Sequence record: LR597663
Strand: one strand, 5' to 3'
Source of the DNA: Escherichia phage VpaE1_ev78
DNA length: 64,000 nucleotides
In this document: positions 34,160 through 51,799 of the stretch, one piece after another
Numbering within the stretch: the first letter of the stretch is position 1
How the letters are laid out: every line of letters begins with the position of its first letter
Translations under genes and position numbers: made by a program
Notes under the pieces: model-generated
Told to the model about the DNA's origin: nothing
Databases searched by the model: none
What the model saw: the letters and a program-made list of their open reading frames with translations, nothing else

Positions 34160-35626
34160 ATGGCAGATATTACAGAAACACAAGAAAGCTTACCACCATT
34201 TAGAATGGGTGAAGTAGGTTCTTTGGGTCTGAAGGTTAAGAATGGAAGAATCTATGAAGAACCTCGTCAGGCACTAAGGTTCCCTGAAAGTATTAAAACT
34301 TTCCAATTAATGATGCGTGACCCTGCTGTAGCAGCATCTGTAAATATTATTAAGATGTTTGTCAGAAAAGTCAACTGGAGATTCGTACCTCCAAAGGGAA
34401 AAGAGCAAGACCCTAAAATGCTTGAAAGAGCAGACTTCTTTAATTCTTTAATGGATGACATGGAGCATGATTGGGCAGATTTTATTAACTCTGTAATGTC
34501 ATTCTGCACTTATGGGTTCTGTGTTAACGAAAAGGTTTATAAGAAACGTCAGGGTAAAAAAGGAAAGTACCAGTCGAAATTTGATGATGGTCTAATTGGG
34601 TGGGCTAAATTACCAATTAGAAACCAATCAACACTTGATAAGTGGTATTTTGACGAAGACTTTAGAAAAGTTACTGGTGTTAGGCAGAATCTGAGAAATG
34701 TTTCACATATTGCTGGAGCAATTAATCTCGGAGAAAGACCACTAACAAGAAAACTTCCACGAGCTAAATTCATGCTGTTTAAGTATGACGATGAATATGG
34801 AAACCCAGAAGGTCGCTCACCATTACTTAATGCTTATGTACCGTGGAAGTATAAAGTTCAGATTGAAGAGTACGAAGCTGTTGGTGTCTCAAGAGATTTA
34901 GTAGGTATGCCAAAGATTGGTTTACCACCAGATTATCTGGATGAAAATGCAGAACCTGAAAAGAAAGCTTTCGTACAATACTGCAAAACTGTTGTTAACG
35001 ATATGATTGCTAATGATAGAGCGGGTTTAATCTGGCCTAGATATATCGACCCAGAAACTAAAGAGGATATTTTCGAGTTCTCATTAGTTTCTAGACAGGG
35101 TGCTAAAGCATACGATACAGGTTCTATTATTGACAGATATTCCAAGCAGATTATGATGGCATTTATGTCAGATGTTCTTGCTATGGGTCAGTCAAAATAC
35201 GGTTCATTCTCTCTTGCAGATTCTAAGACAAGCTTACTAGCGATGTCAGTAGATATTCTGCTTAAGCAAATTAAGAACGTAATTAACCGTGACTTAGTTG
35301 CACAGACTTATGCTCTTAATATGTGGGATGATGAAGAACATGTACAAATCACATATGATGATATCGAAACTCCAGACCTTGAAGCAATTGGTTCTTATAT
35401 TCAGAAGACTGTTGCAGTAGGTGCTTTGGAAGTTGACAAAGAGCTATCTAACAAGCTTAGAGAGCATATTGGTCTTCCTCCTGCTGATGAATCTCAGCCA
35501 GTATCTGAAAAGCTTTCTCCAAATAGTCAAAGCCGCTCAGGAGATGGTTATAAGACCGCTGGAGAAGGTACTGCAAAGACACCTTCAGCAAAAGACCCAA
35601 GCACAGCAAATAAGGCAAATAAATAA
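34160..35626 (+). CDS. Portal protein
   Basis: About 489 aa directly after terminase; ATG with GGTGA RBS (track used GTG at 34151); assigned by position and size. Confidence 0.5.
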   Translation: MADITETQESLPPFRMGEVGSLGLKVKNGRIYEEPRQALRFPESIKTFQLMMRDPAVAASVNIIKMFVRKVNWRFVPPKGKEQDPKMLERADFFNSLMDDMEHDWADFINSVMSFCTYGFCVNEKVYKKRQGKKGKYQSKFDDGLIGWAKLPIRNQSTLDKWYFDEDFRKVTGVRQNLRNVSHIAGAINLGERPLTRKLPRAKFMLFKYDDEYGNPEGRSPLLNAYVPWKYKVQIEEYEAVGVSRDLVGMPKIGLPPDYLDENAEPEKKAFVQYCKTVVNDMIANDRAGLIWPRYIDPETKEDIFEFSLVSRQGAKAYDTGSIIDRYSKQIMMAFMSDVLAMGQSKYGSFSLADSKTSLLAMSVDILLKQIKNVINRDLVAQTYALNMWDDEEHVQITYDDIETPDLEAIGSYIQKTVAVGALEVDKELSNKLREHIGLPPADESQPVSEKLSPNSQSRSGDGYKTAGEGTAKTPSAKDPSTANKANK

Positions 35627-36126
35627 TGGCTGAAGTTATCTCTATTTCAAATGCTACACGAGTGCATTCGTATAGGGGTGTCCTTATCATCACTGATAAG
35701 TTATCTGTAGAGGCTGGCTCAAGGGTCAGCCTTTCAGGTTATGTTAGTGATGGTGGAATCTCTGACGTTTTCACTATTTGCAGGTTACTTGATGCACCAA
35801 TGAGTGGAAAACCGTTTATTTCAGGAAATTGTAGTGAAATTGTTAAAATTCCATTTGACAGTTCATGCCTTTTGGGTGTAAAGTTATATAACTGCGAGAA
35901 TAAACGTATCAATGTTAATAGCATTGAAGCCGCTTTCATTACCCTCGATACTGCATTTCAATCTCCAATGACAGTTAATAAAGAAACAAACAGACTTGAA
36001 TACATTTTTTCACAAAATGATTACAAAGTACTTGTCAAAGGTAAAGTATATGATATGATTGTAAATGTGGTAGATGAATCTGGTAACCATTCAACAGTCC
36101 TTAAACAAAAAGTAAGGTTTAATTAA
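35626..36126 (+). CDS. Hypothetical head-module protein
   Basis: 166 aa; start overlaps portal stop (TAATG). Confidence 0.45.
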   Translation: MAEVISISNATRVHSYRGVLIITDKLSVEAGSRVSLSGYVSDGGISDVFTICRLLDAPMSGKPFISGNCSEIVKIPFDSSCLLGVKLYNCENKRINVNSIEAAFITLDTAFQSPMTVNKETNRLEYIFSQNDYKVLVKGKVYDMIVNVVDESGNHSTVLKQKVRFN

Positions 36127-36458
36127 TGGGAACATTAACTATTGATGGTAAGAATAAAATCCTCGCCACGCTAACCCCAACGACTATTATTTTACACAAT
36201 GTAGACCCAACGGCAGACCCTACAGCAAATAAGGTTACTCAGCCAGTGGCTATTTATTTTTCTGAACCGGATAATGGCTTAATTGCCTCAGAAGACACAG
36301 TTAATATTACTGTCCCAGCTTCTGCAACGGTCTCACACTATAGCTTGTGGGATGCTAACGATAAATGCGTGGCAACTGGTGCTCTTAGCAAACCTCAATT
36401 CTTTGCTGAAGAAGGTATCTATGTTATCTCTTCAGTCTCTGTAGATTTAAACAAATAG
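36126..36458 (+). CDS. Hypothetical head-module protein
   Basis: 110 aa; start overlaps upstream stop. Confidence 0.45.
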   Translation: MGTLTIDGKNKILATLTPTTIILHNVDPTADPTANKVTQPVAIYFSEPDNGLIASEDTVNITVPASATVSHYSLWDANDKCVATGALSKPQFFAEEGIYVISSVSVDLNK

Positions 36459-36469
36459 GGTGAGTAAAA

Positions 36470-37816
36470 ATGAGTTCGAATATCTTCAGACTTGCTGATA
36501 GATTATTCAACCAACCTTTACTAGCCACTGAATCATTAGCTCACTCAGCAGCAACTTATGTGAATAACAGATTGCTGGGTGATGTCCAAGCAGCAGTAAA
36601 CTTTGATAAACCTAAAGGTGAAGCAAGAAGTCTTTTAAAAGTAAAAGATGATATTGCTATTATCCCTATTATGGGTGGCTTAACCCATCGTATGACATTC
36701 ATTGATGCAATGTGCACAGGTGGTTTAAGTTCTTATGAAGGTTTACGCAGAGGCTTTGACGAAGCTTTAGCAGATGAGTCAATTAAGACTATTGTTCTGC
36801 ACATTGATTCTGGTGGTGGTGAAGCTTCAGGTTGCTTTGAATTAGCACGTCACATTATGGCTTCAAGAGGCCAAAAGAAAATTATTGCTTATGTAGATGA
36901 GTTCGCTTGTTCCGCTGCATATGCTCTTGCATCTTCTGCTGAAGAAATTATTGCATCACCAGATGCAGATGTTGGTTCTATTGGTGTAATCATGGTTCAT
37001 CAGGAATTAACTAAGGCATTTGAAAAGAATGGCGTAACAATTAACGTCATCAAAGCTGGTGAGTTTAAAGGTATGGGTTCACCATTCCAAGCACTTTCAG
37101 AAGAAAGCAAAGAAAGACTTCAAAAGAGAATTAATGATACCTACGCAACCTTTACAGGTTTTGTAGCTGAATCTCGTAATCTCTCTGAAGAAGCTGTAAA
37201 GAATACTGAGGCGAATGTTTATTCTGCTCAGGAAGCTCTTGAACTTGGTTTAATTAATTCAATCATGTCTCAAGATGATTTCTTAAATTACTTACAAGGT
37301 TCTGAAGAGGCTCCTGTAAGTTTAAACGTTAACAATTCAGGTGAAGAAATGACTGAACAAGAAAAGCAAGAACTAGAAGCTTTGCGTCTTCAGGTTGCTC
37401 AAATGAAAGCTAAAGAACAGGAAGCTGCTTTGTCAGATTTGACTAATAAGATTTCTGCTTCTGCTGAAGCTTTTGGGTTTGATGCAAAAGAAGCTGCAAC
37501 GACTATTTTAGGTGCTGGTCTTGACAACCCTCTGAGTGTTCTGTTTATGAATGCTATGGAAGGTGCTAACCAGAAACTTAATGAAACTATCGCGTCCCAT
37601 GCTTCTGCAATGGAAGAAAAAGAATCAGAAATTACCAAGCTGAAAGAAACTGCTGGTGCTGTTCTTGAACATTCCAACGCTATGGAAGAAATGGGTAATG
37701 ACGGCGAAGCTGATTTGGTTGAAGAAGAAAAAGAACCAGCTAAGAATGCTTCCGAAGACACCGCTGAACAACGCAAACTGGCTCTCCAGAATGCTCTAAA
37801 ATCTCTTATCAAATAA
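36470..37816 (+). CDS. Prohead protease (S49/ClpP-like) fused to a C-terminal scaffold-like coiled-coil region
   Basis: 448 aa; TIVLHIDSGGGEASG and DEFACSAAYALASSAEEIIASP resemble SppA/ClpP-family motifs; C-terminal 150 aa is Glu/Ala/Lys-rich. Confidence 0.55.
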   Translation: MSSNIFRLADRLFNQPLLATESLAHSAATYVNNRLLGDVQAAVNFDKPKGEARSLLKVKDDIAIIPIMGGLTHRMTFIDAMCTGGLSSYEGLRRGFDEALADESIKTIVLHIDSGGGEASGCFELARHIMASRGQKKIIAYVDEFACSAAYALASSAEEIIASPDADVGSIGVIMVHQELTKAFEKNGVTINVIKAGEFKGMGSPFQALSEESKERLQKRINDTYATFTGFVAESRNLSEEAVKNTEANVYSAQEALELGLINSIMSQDDFLNYLQGSEEAPVSLNVNNSGEEMTEQEKQELEALRLQVAQMKAKEQEAALSDLTNKISASAEAFGFDAKEAATTILGAGLDNPLSVLFMNAMEGANQKLNETIASHASAMEEKESEITKLKETAGAVLEHSNAMEEMGNDGEADLVEEEKEPAKNASEDTAEQRKLALQNALKSLIK

Positions 37817-37827
37817 GGAACACAATA

Positions 37828-38205
37828 ATGGCATATCAAGGTTTTACTAAGTTAGGTAACAGAGAACCTCTGAATGATATCATTCTTTGGGAACAGATTA
37901 CCCCAACAGGTCACTCTCGTAAAGAGTACACTCCAGTTGCTTCAACAGAATACCGTGTAGGTGAAGTTCTGAAAGCAGACGGTACTAAAGTTGCAGCAGG
38001 GGAAGAAGCTCAGGCTGACTCTGTATGTATCGTTAACTTCTACGCAGACTCACAACTGTCTTATCATGGTCAGTTGAAAGTTGTTGGTATTTACCGTGAC
38101 GCAGAACTAAAAGACCTGCTTACTCTTGAATCAGGTGTTGATGCTGATGCAGTCAAGACAGCTCTGGCTGCTAAAGGTATTGATTTCGTACCAACTGGCC
38201 TGTAA
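37828..38205 (+). CDS. Putative head decoration protein
   Basis: 125 aa ORF between protease and capsid genes; assigned by position. Confidence 0.35.
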   Translation: MAYQGFTKLGNREPLNDIILWEQITPTGHSRKEYTPVASTEYRVGEVLKADGTKVAAGEEAQADSVCIVNFYADSQLSYHGQLKVVGIYRDAELKDLLTLESGVDADAVKTALAAKGIDFVPTGL

Positions 38206-38238
38206 TAACAATAATAAGACATTCTGGAGAATTTTACA

Positions 38239-39345
38239 ATGTTGACTAATTCTGAAAAAAGCAGATTTTTCCTTGCTGACCTGACTGGTGAAGTCCAGTC
38301 TATCCCAAACACTTATGGGTATATTTCCAACTTAGGTCTATTCCGTTCAGCACCAATCACCCAAACTACTTTCCTTATGGACTTGACTGATTGGGATGTT
38401 AGCTTGCTTGATGCGGTAGACCGTGATAGCCGTAAAGCAGAGACTAGCGCACCTGAGCGTGTTCGTCAAATCAGCTTCCCAATGATGTACTTCAAAGAAG
38501 TTGAAAGCATTACTCCTGATGAGATTCAGGGTGTACGTCAGCCAGGCACTGCAAACGAACTGACTACTGAAGCTGTAGTACGTGCTAAGAAGCTGATGAA
38601 GATTCGTACCAAGTTCGATATTACTCGTGAGTTCCTGTTTATGCAAGCTCTGAAGGGTAAAGTTGTTGATGCTCGTGGTACTCTGTACGCTGACCTGTAC
38701 AAGCAGTTCGACGTTGAGAAGAAGACTATTTACTTCGACCTTGACAATCCTAATGCTGATATCGACGCTTCTATTGAAGAACTGCGTATGCACATGGAAG
38801 ATGAAGCTAAGACTGGCACTGTAATCAACGGTGAAGAGATTCACGTAGTTGTTGACCGTGTATTCTTCAGCAAACTGGTTAAGCATCCTAAGATTCGTGA
38901 TGCTTATCTTGCACAGCAGACTCCACTGGCTTGGCAACAGATTACTGGTTCTCTGAGAACTGGTGGTGCTGACGGCGTTCAGGCTCATATGAATACTTTC
39001 TACTACGGTGGTGTTAAGTTTGTCCAGTACAACGGTAAGTTCAAAGACAAGCGTGGTAAGGTTCACACTCTGGTTAGCATTGACAGCGTAGCAGACACTG
39101 TTGGTGTTGGTCATGCTTTCCCTAACGTAGCTATGCTGGGTGAAGCTAACAACATCTTCGAAGTTGCATATGGTCCATGTCCTAAGATGGGTTACGCAAA
39201 TACACTTGGTCAGGAACTGTACGTATTCGAATACGAAAAAGACCGTGACGAAGGTATTGACTTCGAAGCTCACTCTTACATGCTGCCATACTGTACTCGT
39301 CCTCAGTTGCTGGTAGATGTTCGCGCTGACGCTAAAGGCGAATGA
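38239..39345 (+). CDS. Major capsid protein
   Basis: 368 aa directly after protease/decoration genes; strong RBS context. Confidence 0.5.
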   Translation: MLTNSEKSRFFLADLTGEVQSIPNTYGYISNLGLFRSAPITQTTFLMDLTDWDVSLLDAVDRDSRKAETSAPERVRQISFPMMYFKEVESITPDEIQGVRQPGTANELTTEAVVRAKKLMKIRTKFDITREFLFMQALKGKVVDARGTLYADLYKQFDVEKKTIYFDLDNPNADIDASIEELRMHMEDEAKTGTVINGEEIHVVVDRVFFSKLVKHPKIRDAYLAQQTPLAWQQITGSLRTGGADGVQAHMNTFYYGGVKFVQYNGKFKDKRGKVHTLVSIDSVADTVGVGHAFPNVAMLGEANNIFEVAYGPCPKMGYANTLGQELYVFEYEKDRDEGIDFEAHSYMLPYCTRPQLLVDVRADAKGE

Positions 39346-39366
39346 TATTCTTAAGGAGGGTTATGA

Positions 39367-39816
39367 ATGTGTTATACAGGCGACCCAGCCAATAACCCTC
39401 TTGATAGAGTAAGAATCCTCTGCACAGACACCAATAATGATGAAATTCTTATTGAACAGTCTGTGCTAGAGTGGTTCTATCTAGAATCTGGAAAGGATGA
39501 AAAGAAAGCAGCCATCAAAGCTCTTAAATATTTACTCTTTCAAGTAGCCAAGATGGGAGATGAGAAGGTTGGTGGTGTTTATTTACGTAACTCTTCCAGA
39601 TTCAAATCTCTGAAAGCTGTTTATGACGACCTTGTTAAAAGCTCTGTTTCAGGACTACCCTATGCAGGTGGTATTAATCAGTGTGACATTGATATGCGTC
39701 GTCAGAATCCTTGCTCTGTCAAGAAATACACAGAATATGGTGATGCTGCCAGATACGAAGGCAGAGATTACTGCAACCGTGTTAATGGCGTATTTATTAT
39801 CGAGCGAGATGAATAA
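39367..39816 (+). CDS. Head-tail connector/completion protein (positional)
   Basis: 149 aa ORF after capsid gene. Confidence 0.35.
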   Translation: MCYTGDPANNPLDRVRILCTDTNNDEILIEQSVLEWFYLESGKDEKKAAIKALKYLLFQVAKMGDEKVGGVYLRNSSRFKSLKAVYDDLVKSSVSGLPYAGGINQCDIDMRRQNPCSVKKYTEYGDAARYEGRDYCNRVNGVFIIERDE

Positions 39817-40298
39817 TGGTTAAAAGGGTTATTCACCCCGCTAGAGCAAAATTAGTCGGGGCTATGAAGAACTTGCAAACGGCTAATGCTCAAGTTGGGT
39901 ATTTTCAAGAACAAGGTCAACATAGCTCTGGTTTTTCTTATCCTGCTTTAATGTATTTACAAGAAGTTATTGGGGTTCCTTCAGCTTCTGGTAAAGTATA
40001 TCGTAGGTTGTTTGAAATCACTATGATGCTAAACAGACAGACCTTGTTAGAGCAGACTAAGAAGAATCTATATAAGCAACTTAGCAGTCTCAACACAGAC
40101 CCTTCAAATACCTTAGAAGCATTTGCAAAGAATGCTCAAAAGGCAATTAAAAGGGGTTTTGGTAATTCTGCTATCCTCCCTCCTAACGCACCTTCCACAG
40201 TCAAGAAAAAAGGCTTTAATGCACCTCTTGTTGAGACAGGTGACTTAAGAGATAACCTTGCTTATAAAATTTCTACTAAGAAGGGTATTAAGAAATGA
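39816..40298 (+). CDS. Head-tail joining protein (positional)
   Basis: 160 aa ORF. Confidence 0.35.
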   Translation: MVKRVIHPARAKLVGAMKNLQTANAQVGYFQEQGQHSSGFSYPALMYLQEVIGVPSASGKVYRRLFEITMMLNRQTLLEQTKKNLYKQLSSLNTDPSNTLEAFAKNAQKAIKRGFGNSAILPPNAPSTVKKKGFNAPLVETGDLRDNLAYKISTKKGIKK

Positions 40299-40696
40299 GA
40301 CTCTTAAACAGACACAGCTTTGTAGTAAAGCGTAAAGTCTCTGAAGACGGTTATTATAATGATGATGGTGATTGGGTAGCTTCACAAGATATTGTAGAGG
40401 TTAACTGTAAAGGTAATATCCAGCCATATATCAAAGGTTCTGTAAAGAATGGTACACAGATTGCTTTACCGGAAGGTATTAGACTAACCGATACAAGAAT
40501 CCTGTATACTACATATAAACTTAGAACTTCAGATGATGTAGAGTGGAATGAGTCTGATATTGTTATGATTGATGGTCATGAGTATGAAGTATTTATGACT
40601 ATGGATTGGTCACAGCAATTAGCCCATACATCCCATTATGAATATATCATTATTAGAAGGGATAAAATGAATGCAGTTAGAAACAGCAGAACTTGA
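40295..40696 (+). CDS. Hypothetical structural protein
   Basis: 133 aa ORF. Confidence 0.35.
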   Translation: MRLLNRHSFVVKRKVSEDGYYNDDGDWVASQDIVEVNCKGNIQPYIKGSVKNGTQIALPEGIRLTDTRILYTTYKLRTSDDVEWNESDIVMIDGHEYEVFMTMDWSQQLAHTSHYEYIIIRRDKMNAVRNSRT

Positions 40697-41270
40697 AAAA
40701 GGTCTAGTTAGAACCTTAGTGGATGTTATTGGTCACAGATTAGCTCGTGATAAAAATAATAGACCAAACGTAATTAGAGCTTACCCTTCTGATAACTCAA
40801 ATGACAAAGGTTTAAAACCTGACCAGCCATTTATTACCGTATATTGTCAAGATGCTGCAACACCTTATGGTTGGGTTCTTGATAAGTTTGTTGAAGATGA
40901 TGTAGTTTGTTACAGAATCGCTTTTCAGATTCCTGTATTGATTACGGTAAATGGTAAAGGTGCTCACAGTATTATGCTTGAGCTTAAACAAAGATTAGAG
41001 ATGAGTTCAGTCAGAGATTTAATCCTTGAAGAAACAGGAGCTACAGTATTAGACACTGGAGCAATCCCTAACGATTACACTTATCTCAATACAGATTTCG
41101 AAAATTCTGCGCCTCTTGTTGTAACTCTTGTAAAAAACTCAGTCCTGAAAGATGAACGTGGAAGTATTATTGAGCGTGTCATTGTTGATGGTGAGTTGGT
41201 TTATGAAGAAGGGCAAGAGCCACCAGAATATACTATCCATCTAGATGTAGACTCCAAAGGGGTAAAATAA
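40671..41270 (+). CDS. Tail completion/terminator protein (positional)
   Basis: 199 aa ORF immediately upstream of sheath-like gene. Confidence 0.35.
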   Translation: MQLETAELEKGLVRTLVDVIGHRLARDKNNRPNVIRAYPSDNSNDKGLKPDQPFITVYCQDAATPYGWVLDKFVEDDVVCYRIAFQIPVLITVNGKGAHSIMLELKQRLEMSSVRDLILEETGATVLDTGAIPNDYTYLNTDFENSAPLVVTLVKNSVLKDERGSIIERVIVDGELVYEEGQEPPEYTIHLDVDSKGVK

Positions 41271-42623
41271 ATGTGGAATCCAATTGTTAATGTAGGTATT
41301 ACATTGAACACCGCAGGAACTACAAGAGAAGGTTTTGGTTTGCCACTATTCTTAGCTTCAACAGATAACTTTGAAGAAAGAGTGCGTGGTTATACTTCCT
41401 TAACTGAAGTTGCTGAAGATTTCGATGAGAATACTGCTGCATATAAGGCTGCTAAACAACTTTGGAGTCAGACTCCTAAAGTAACTCAGCTTTATATTGG
41501 TAGACGCGCTATGCAGTACACTGTATCAATTCCTGATGAGGTTACTGAGAGCACGGACTACTCAATTACTGTAGCTGTCGGTGGGGGAATGTCACAACCA
41601 TTCCAGTACACCTCACAAGGTGAAGATACTGCCGAGAATGTATTACAACAGTTTAAAACACAGATTGAAGCTGACCAATCAATTAAAGATAAAGTTTCAG
41701 TCAATGTTACTGGTAGCAACGGTTCTGCCACAATGGTCATCTCCAAAGCTGGTGACAATGATTTCGTGAAGGTAACCACTACAGCACAAACTGTGTCTAT
41801 TGCAAGCACAACTGCTGATACAGCGTCAACTGCTCTGGCAGCTATTGAAGCTTATTCTACCGACTGGTATTTCATTGCAGCAGAAGGCAGAACTCAACAG
41901 TTTGTTTTGGCAATGGCTTCTGAGATTCAGGCTCGTAAGAAAATCTTCTTCACAGCTAACTCTGATGTAGCAGCACTGCAAGGTACAGAATTAAATAGTG
42001 CAAATGATGTTCCAGCACAGCTTGCTAAGAGTATGTATACTCGCACAGTTTGCTTGTGGCATCACACAGCGGCAGAAGATTATCCAGAGATGGCATATAT
42101 TGCTTATGGCGCTCCATACGATGCAGGGTCAATTGCTTGGGGTAATGCTCAGTTGACTGGTGTAGCTGCTTCTTTACAGCCAGCTAATAAGAGACCTCTG
42201 ACAAGCATTCAGAAGTCAGCTTTAGATGTACGTCACTGTAACTTTATCGACCTTGATGGTGGTGTTCCAGTGGTTCGTAGAGGGATTACTTCTGGTGGGG
42301 AATGGATTGATATCGTCCGTGGTGTTGACTGGTTAGAATCAGACCTGAAAACTTCTCTGAGAGACTTGCTAATTAACCAGAAGGGTGGTAAGATTACTTA
42401 TGATGATACTGGTATTACCCGTATTCGTCAAGTCATTGAAACCTCTCTACAAAGAGCAGTCAACAGAAACTTCCTGTCATCTTACACAGTTAATGTTCCT
42501 AAAGCCTCTCAAGTTGCTTTGGCAGACAAGAAAGCTCGTATCCTGAAAGATGTTACCTTCGCAGGTATCTTAGCAGGGGCTATCTTGGATGTTGACTTGA
42601 AAGGTACAGTGGCTTACGAATAA
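41271..42623 (+). CDS. Tail sheath-like protein
   Basis: 450 aa followed by a 148 aa tube-sized gene, chaperone pair and tape measure: the sheath-tube order of contractile tails. Confidence 0.45.
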   Translation: MWNPIVNVGITLNTAGTTREGFGLPLFLASTDNFEERVRGYTSLTEVAEDFDENTAAYKAAKQLWSQTPKVTQLYIGRRAMQYTVSIPDEVTESTDYSITVAVGGGMSQPFQYTSQGEDTAENVLQQFKTQIEADQSIKDKVSVNVTGSNGSATMVISKAGDNDFVKVTTTAQTVSIASTTADTASTALAAIEAYSTDWYFIAAEGRTQQFVLAMASEIQARKKIFFTANSDVAALQGTELNSANDVPAQLAKSMYTRTVCLWHHTAAEDYPEMAYIAYGAPYDAGSIAWGNAQLTGVAASLQPANKRPLTSIQKSALDVRHCNFIDLDGGVPVVRRGITSGGEWIDIVRGVDWLESDLKTSLRDLLINQKGGKITYDDTGITRIRQVIETSLQRAVNRNFLSSYTVNVPKASQVALADKKARILKDVTFAGILAGAILDVDLKGTVAYE

Positions 42624-42638
42624 TAGAGGTAAATTGGA

Positions 42639-43085
42639 ATGGCTATGTATCAGCAATATTCCCCTAAAGACGTTGTATGTAGCTGGAATGGTATTGCCAT
42701 TGAAGGCTTTGCCCCAGACTCATTTTTACGTCTACAGAGAACATCACCACTTATCACACCAGTTGTAGGTGCAGGTGGTCAGGTTGCTCTGACAAGAAAT
42801 GCAGACAAGACAGGTACTATTGAGATTGAGCTAATGCAGACTTCTCTCTCTAACCAGATGCTTTCTGCAATTCAAGCTAAACAAGACAACATGGAACTTG
42901 AAGAAGATATCTCTTCTAACTTCGTAATCTACGACCCATCAGGCTCTGTTCTGGCAACTGGTATTAATGCTTGGTTGCAGGAATTACCACAGATTGAACT
43001 TGGGCGTGACCAGAACTCTAAAACTTGGATTTTTGGTTGTGAGAAGCTAGACTACACTTCTACAATTCCAGCGTCAAGTGTTTAA
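42639..43085 (+). CDS. Tail tube protein
   Basis: 148 aa after sheath-like gene; followed by terminator-like hairpin. Confidence 0.45.
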   Translation: MAMYQQYSPKDVVCSWNGIAIEGFAPDSFLRLQRTSPLITPVVGAGGQVALTRNADKTGTIEIELMQTSLSNQMLSAIQAKQDNMELEEDISSNFVIYDPSGSVLATGINAWLQELPQIELGRDQNSKTWIFGCEKLDYTSTIPASSV

Positions 43086-43094
43086 TAAATCCTA

Positions 43095-43130
43095 TAAGGG
43101 GGAGACTTTAAAAGGTCTTCCCCTTTTTTG
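43095..43130 (+). terminator. Terminator/attenuator hairpin after tube gene
   Basis: gggggagac-ttaaaa-ggtcttcccc followed by TTTTTTG. Confidence 0.5.
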
Positions 43131-43158
43131 TTTCTTTTAAAAGTATTAAGGAATCACA

Positions 43159-43557
43159 ATGAAAACAGAATCTAAAGTAATTAATGGTAAGAAAGTAAAT
43201 ATCGTTCTGCTTGGGGCAAGAGATGGGATTAAGATGTCTATGAAGCTGGGTAAAATTGTTGTTCCAACATTTGCACAGATGCTGTCAAGTCTGACTGACA
43301 AGGGTAAGAAAGAAGCTCCAATGGTTCCATTTAAAGAACTTGTTGAAGCTTGTTTTGACAGAATTGAAGAAATTAACCTTGAAGAAATGGCTACCCTGTT
43401 ATTTCAAGGGGCAACTGTTGATGACTTCCCACTTAATATTGATACATACTTCCAAGCAAACTATGGTGAATTTATTGATTACTTAGCATTTGCGCTGGAG
43501 GCAAACTTCGGAAGTTTTTTCGAAGCAAGCATTTTCAAAAGCCTAACTTCTCAGTAA
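43159..43557 (+). CDS. Tail assembly chaperone (G-like)
   Basis: 132 aa upstream of tape measure; contains slippery heptamer T_TTT_TTC near its 3' end. Confidence 0.5.
   Translation: MKTESKVINGKKVNIVLLGARDGIKMSMKLGKIVVPTFAQMLSSLTDKGKKEAPMVPFKELVEACFDRIEEINLEEMATLLFQGATVDDFPLNIDTYFQANYGEFIDYLAFALEANFGSFFEASIFKSLTSQ
43515..43521 (+). other. Candidate -1 programmed ribosomal frameshift site (T TTT TTC)
   Basis: X_XXY_YYZ heptamer in the zero frame of 43159-43557; the -1 frame stays open from here through 43799. Confidence 0.5.
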
Positions 43558-43559
43558 AC

Positions 43560-43798
43560 ATGGGTAACACTCTACAGACACCACTGACTGATGCTGCTGT
43601 AGAGGCAACCTATGAAGAAGCAGACGAGATGAAATTTGTGCTTGCTATTTATGGTATGGAAGGGTGTAAAGAAACACTTGACCAACTCTTTGCTATGACA
43701 TTCTCTGATTTATTATCATTGAGACAATTTCTTGAAATTCAGAGGTCGTATAAAGAGGAAATTGCTTACAACGAACTTAGAAGAGCAGGAAAAATGTA

Positions 43799-43799
<1 letters not shown>
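43560..43799 (+). CDS. Tail assembly chaperone extension (T-like; probably made as a frameshift fusion)
   Basis: 79 aa ORF in the -1 frame relative to upstream chaperone, ending at tape measure start. Confidence 0.45.
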
Positions 43800-51797
<7,998 letters not shown>

Positions 51798-51799
51798 TA

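Noticed and set aside
33607-35693. Short antisense and alternative-frame track ORFs inside terminase and portal genes
   Set aside because: Embedded in long, well-supported sense genes; no independent evidence.
38347-39273. 308 aa ORF on the minus strand, antisense to the major capsid gene
   Set aside because: Fully embedded antisense to a strongly supported operon gene; low-complexity translation, no RBS, no operon context. Treated as a chance open frame.
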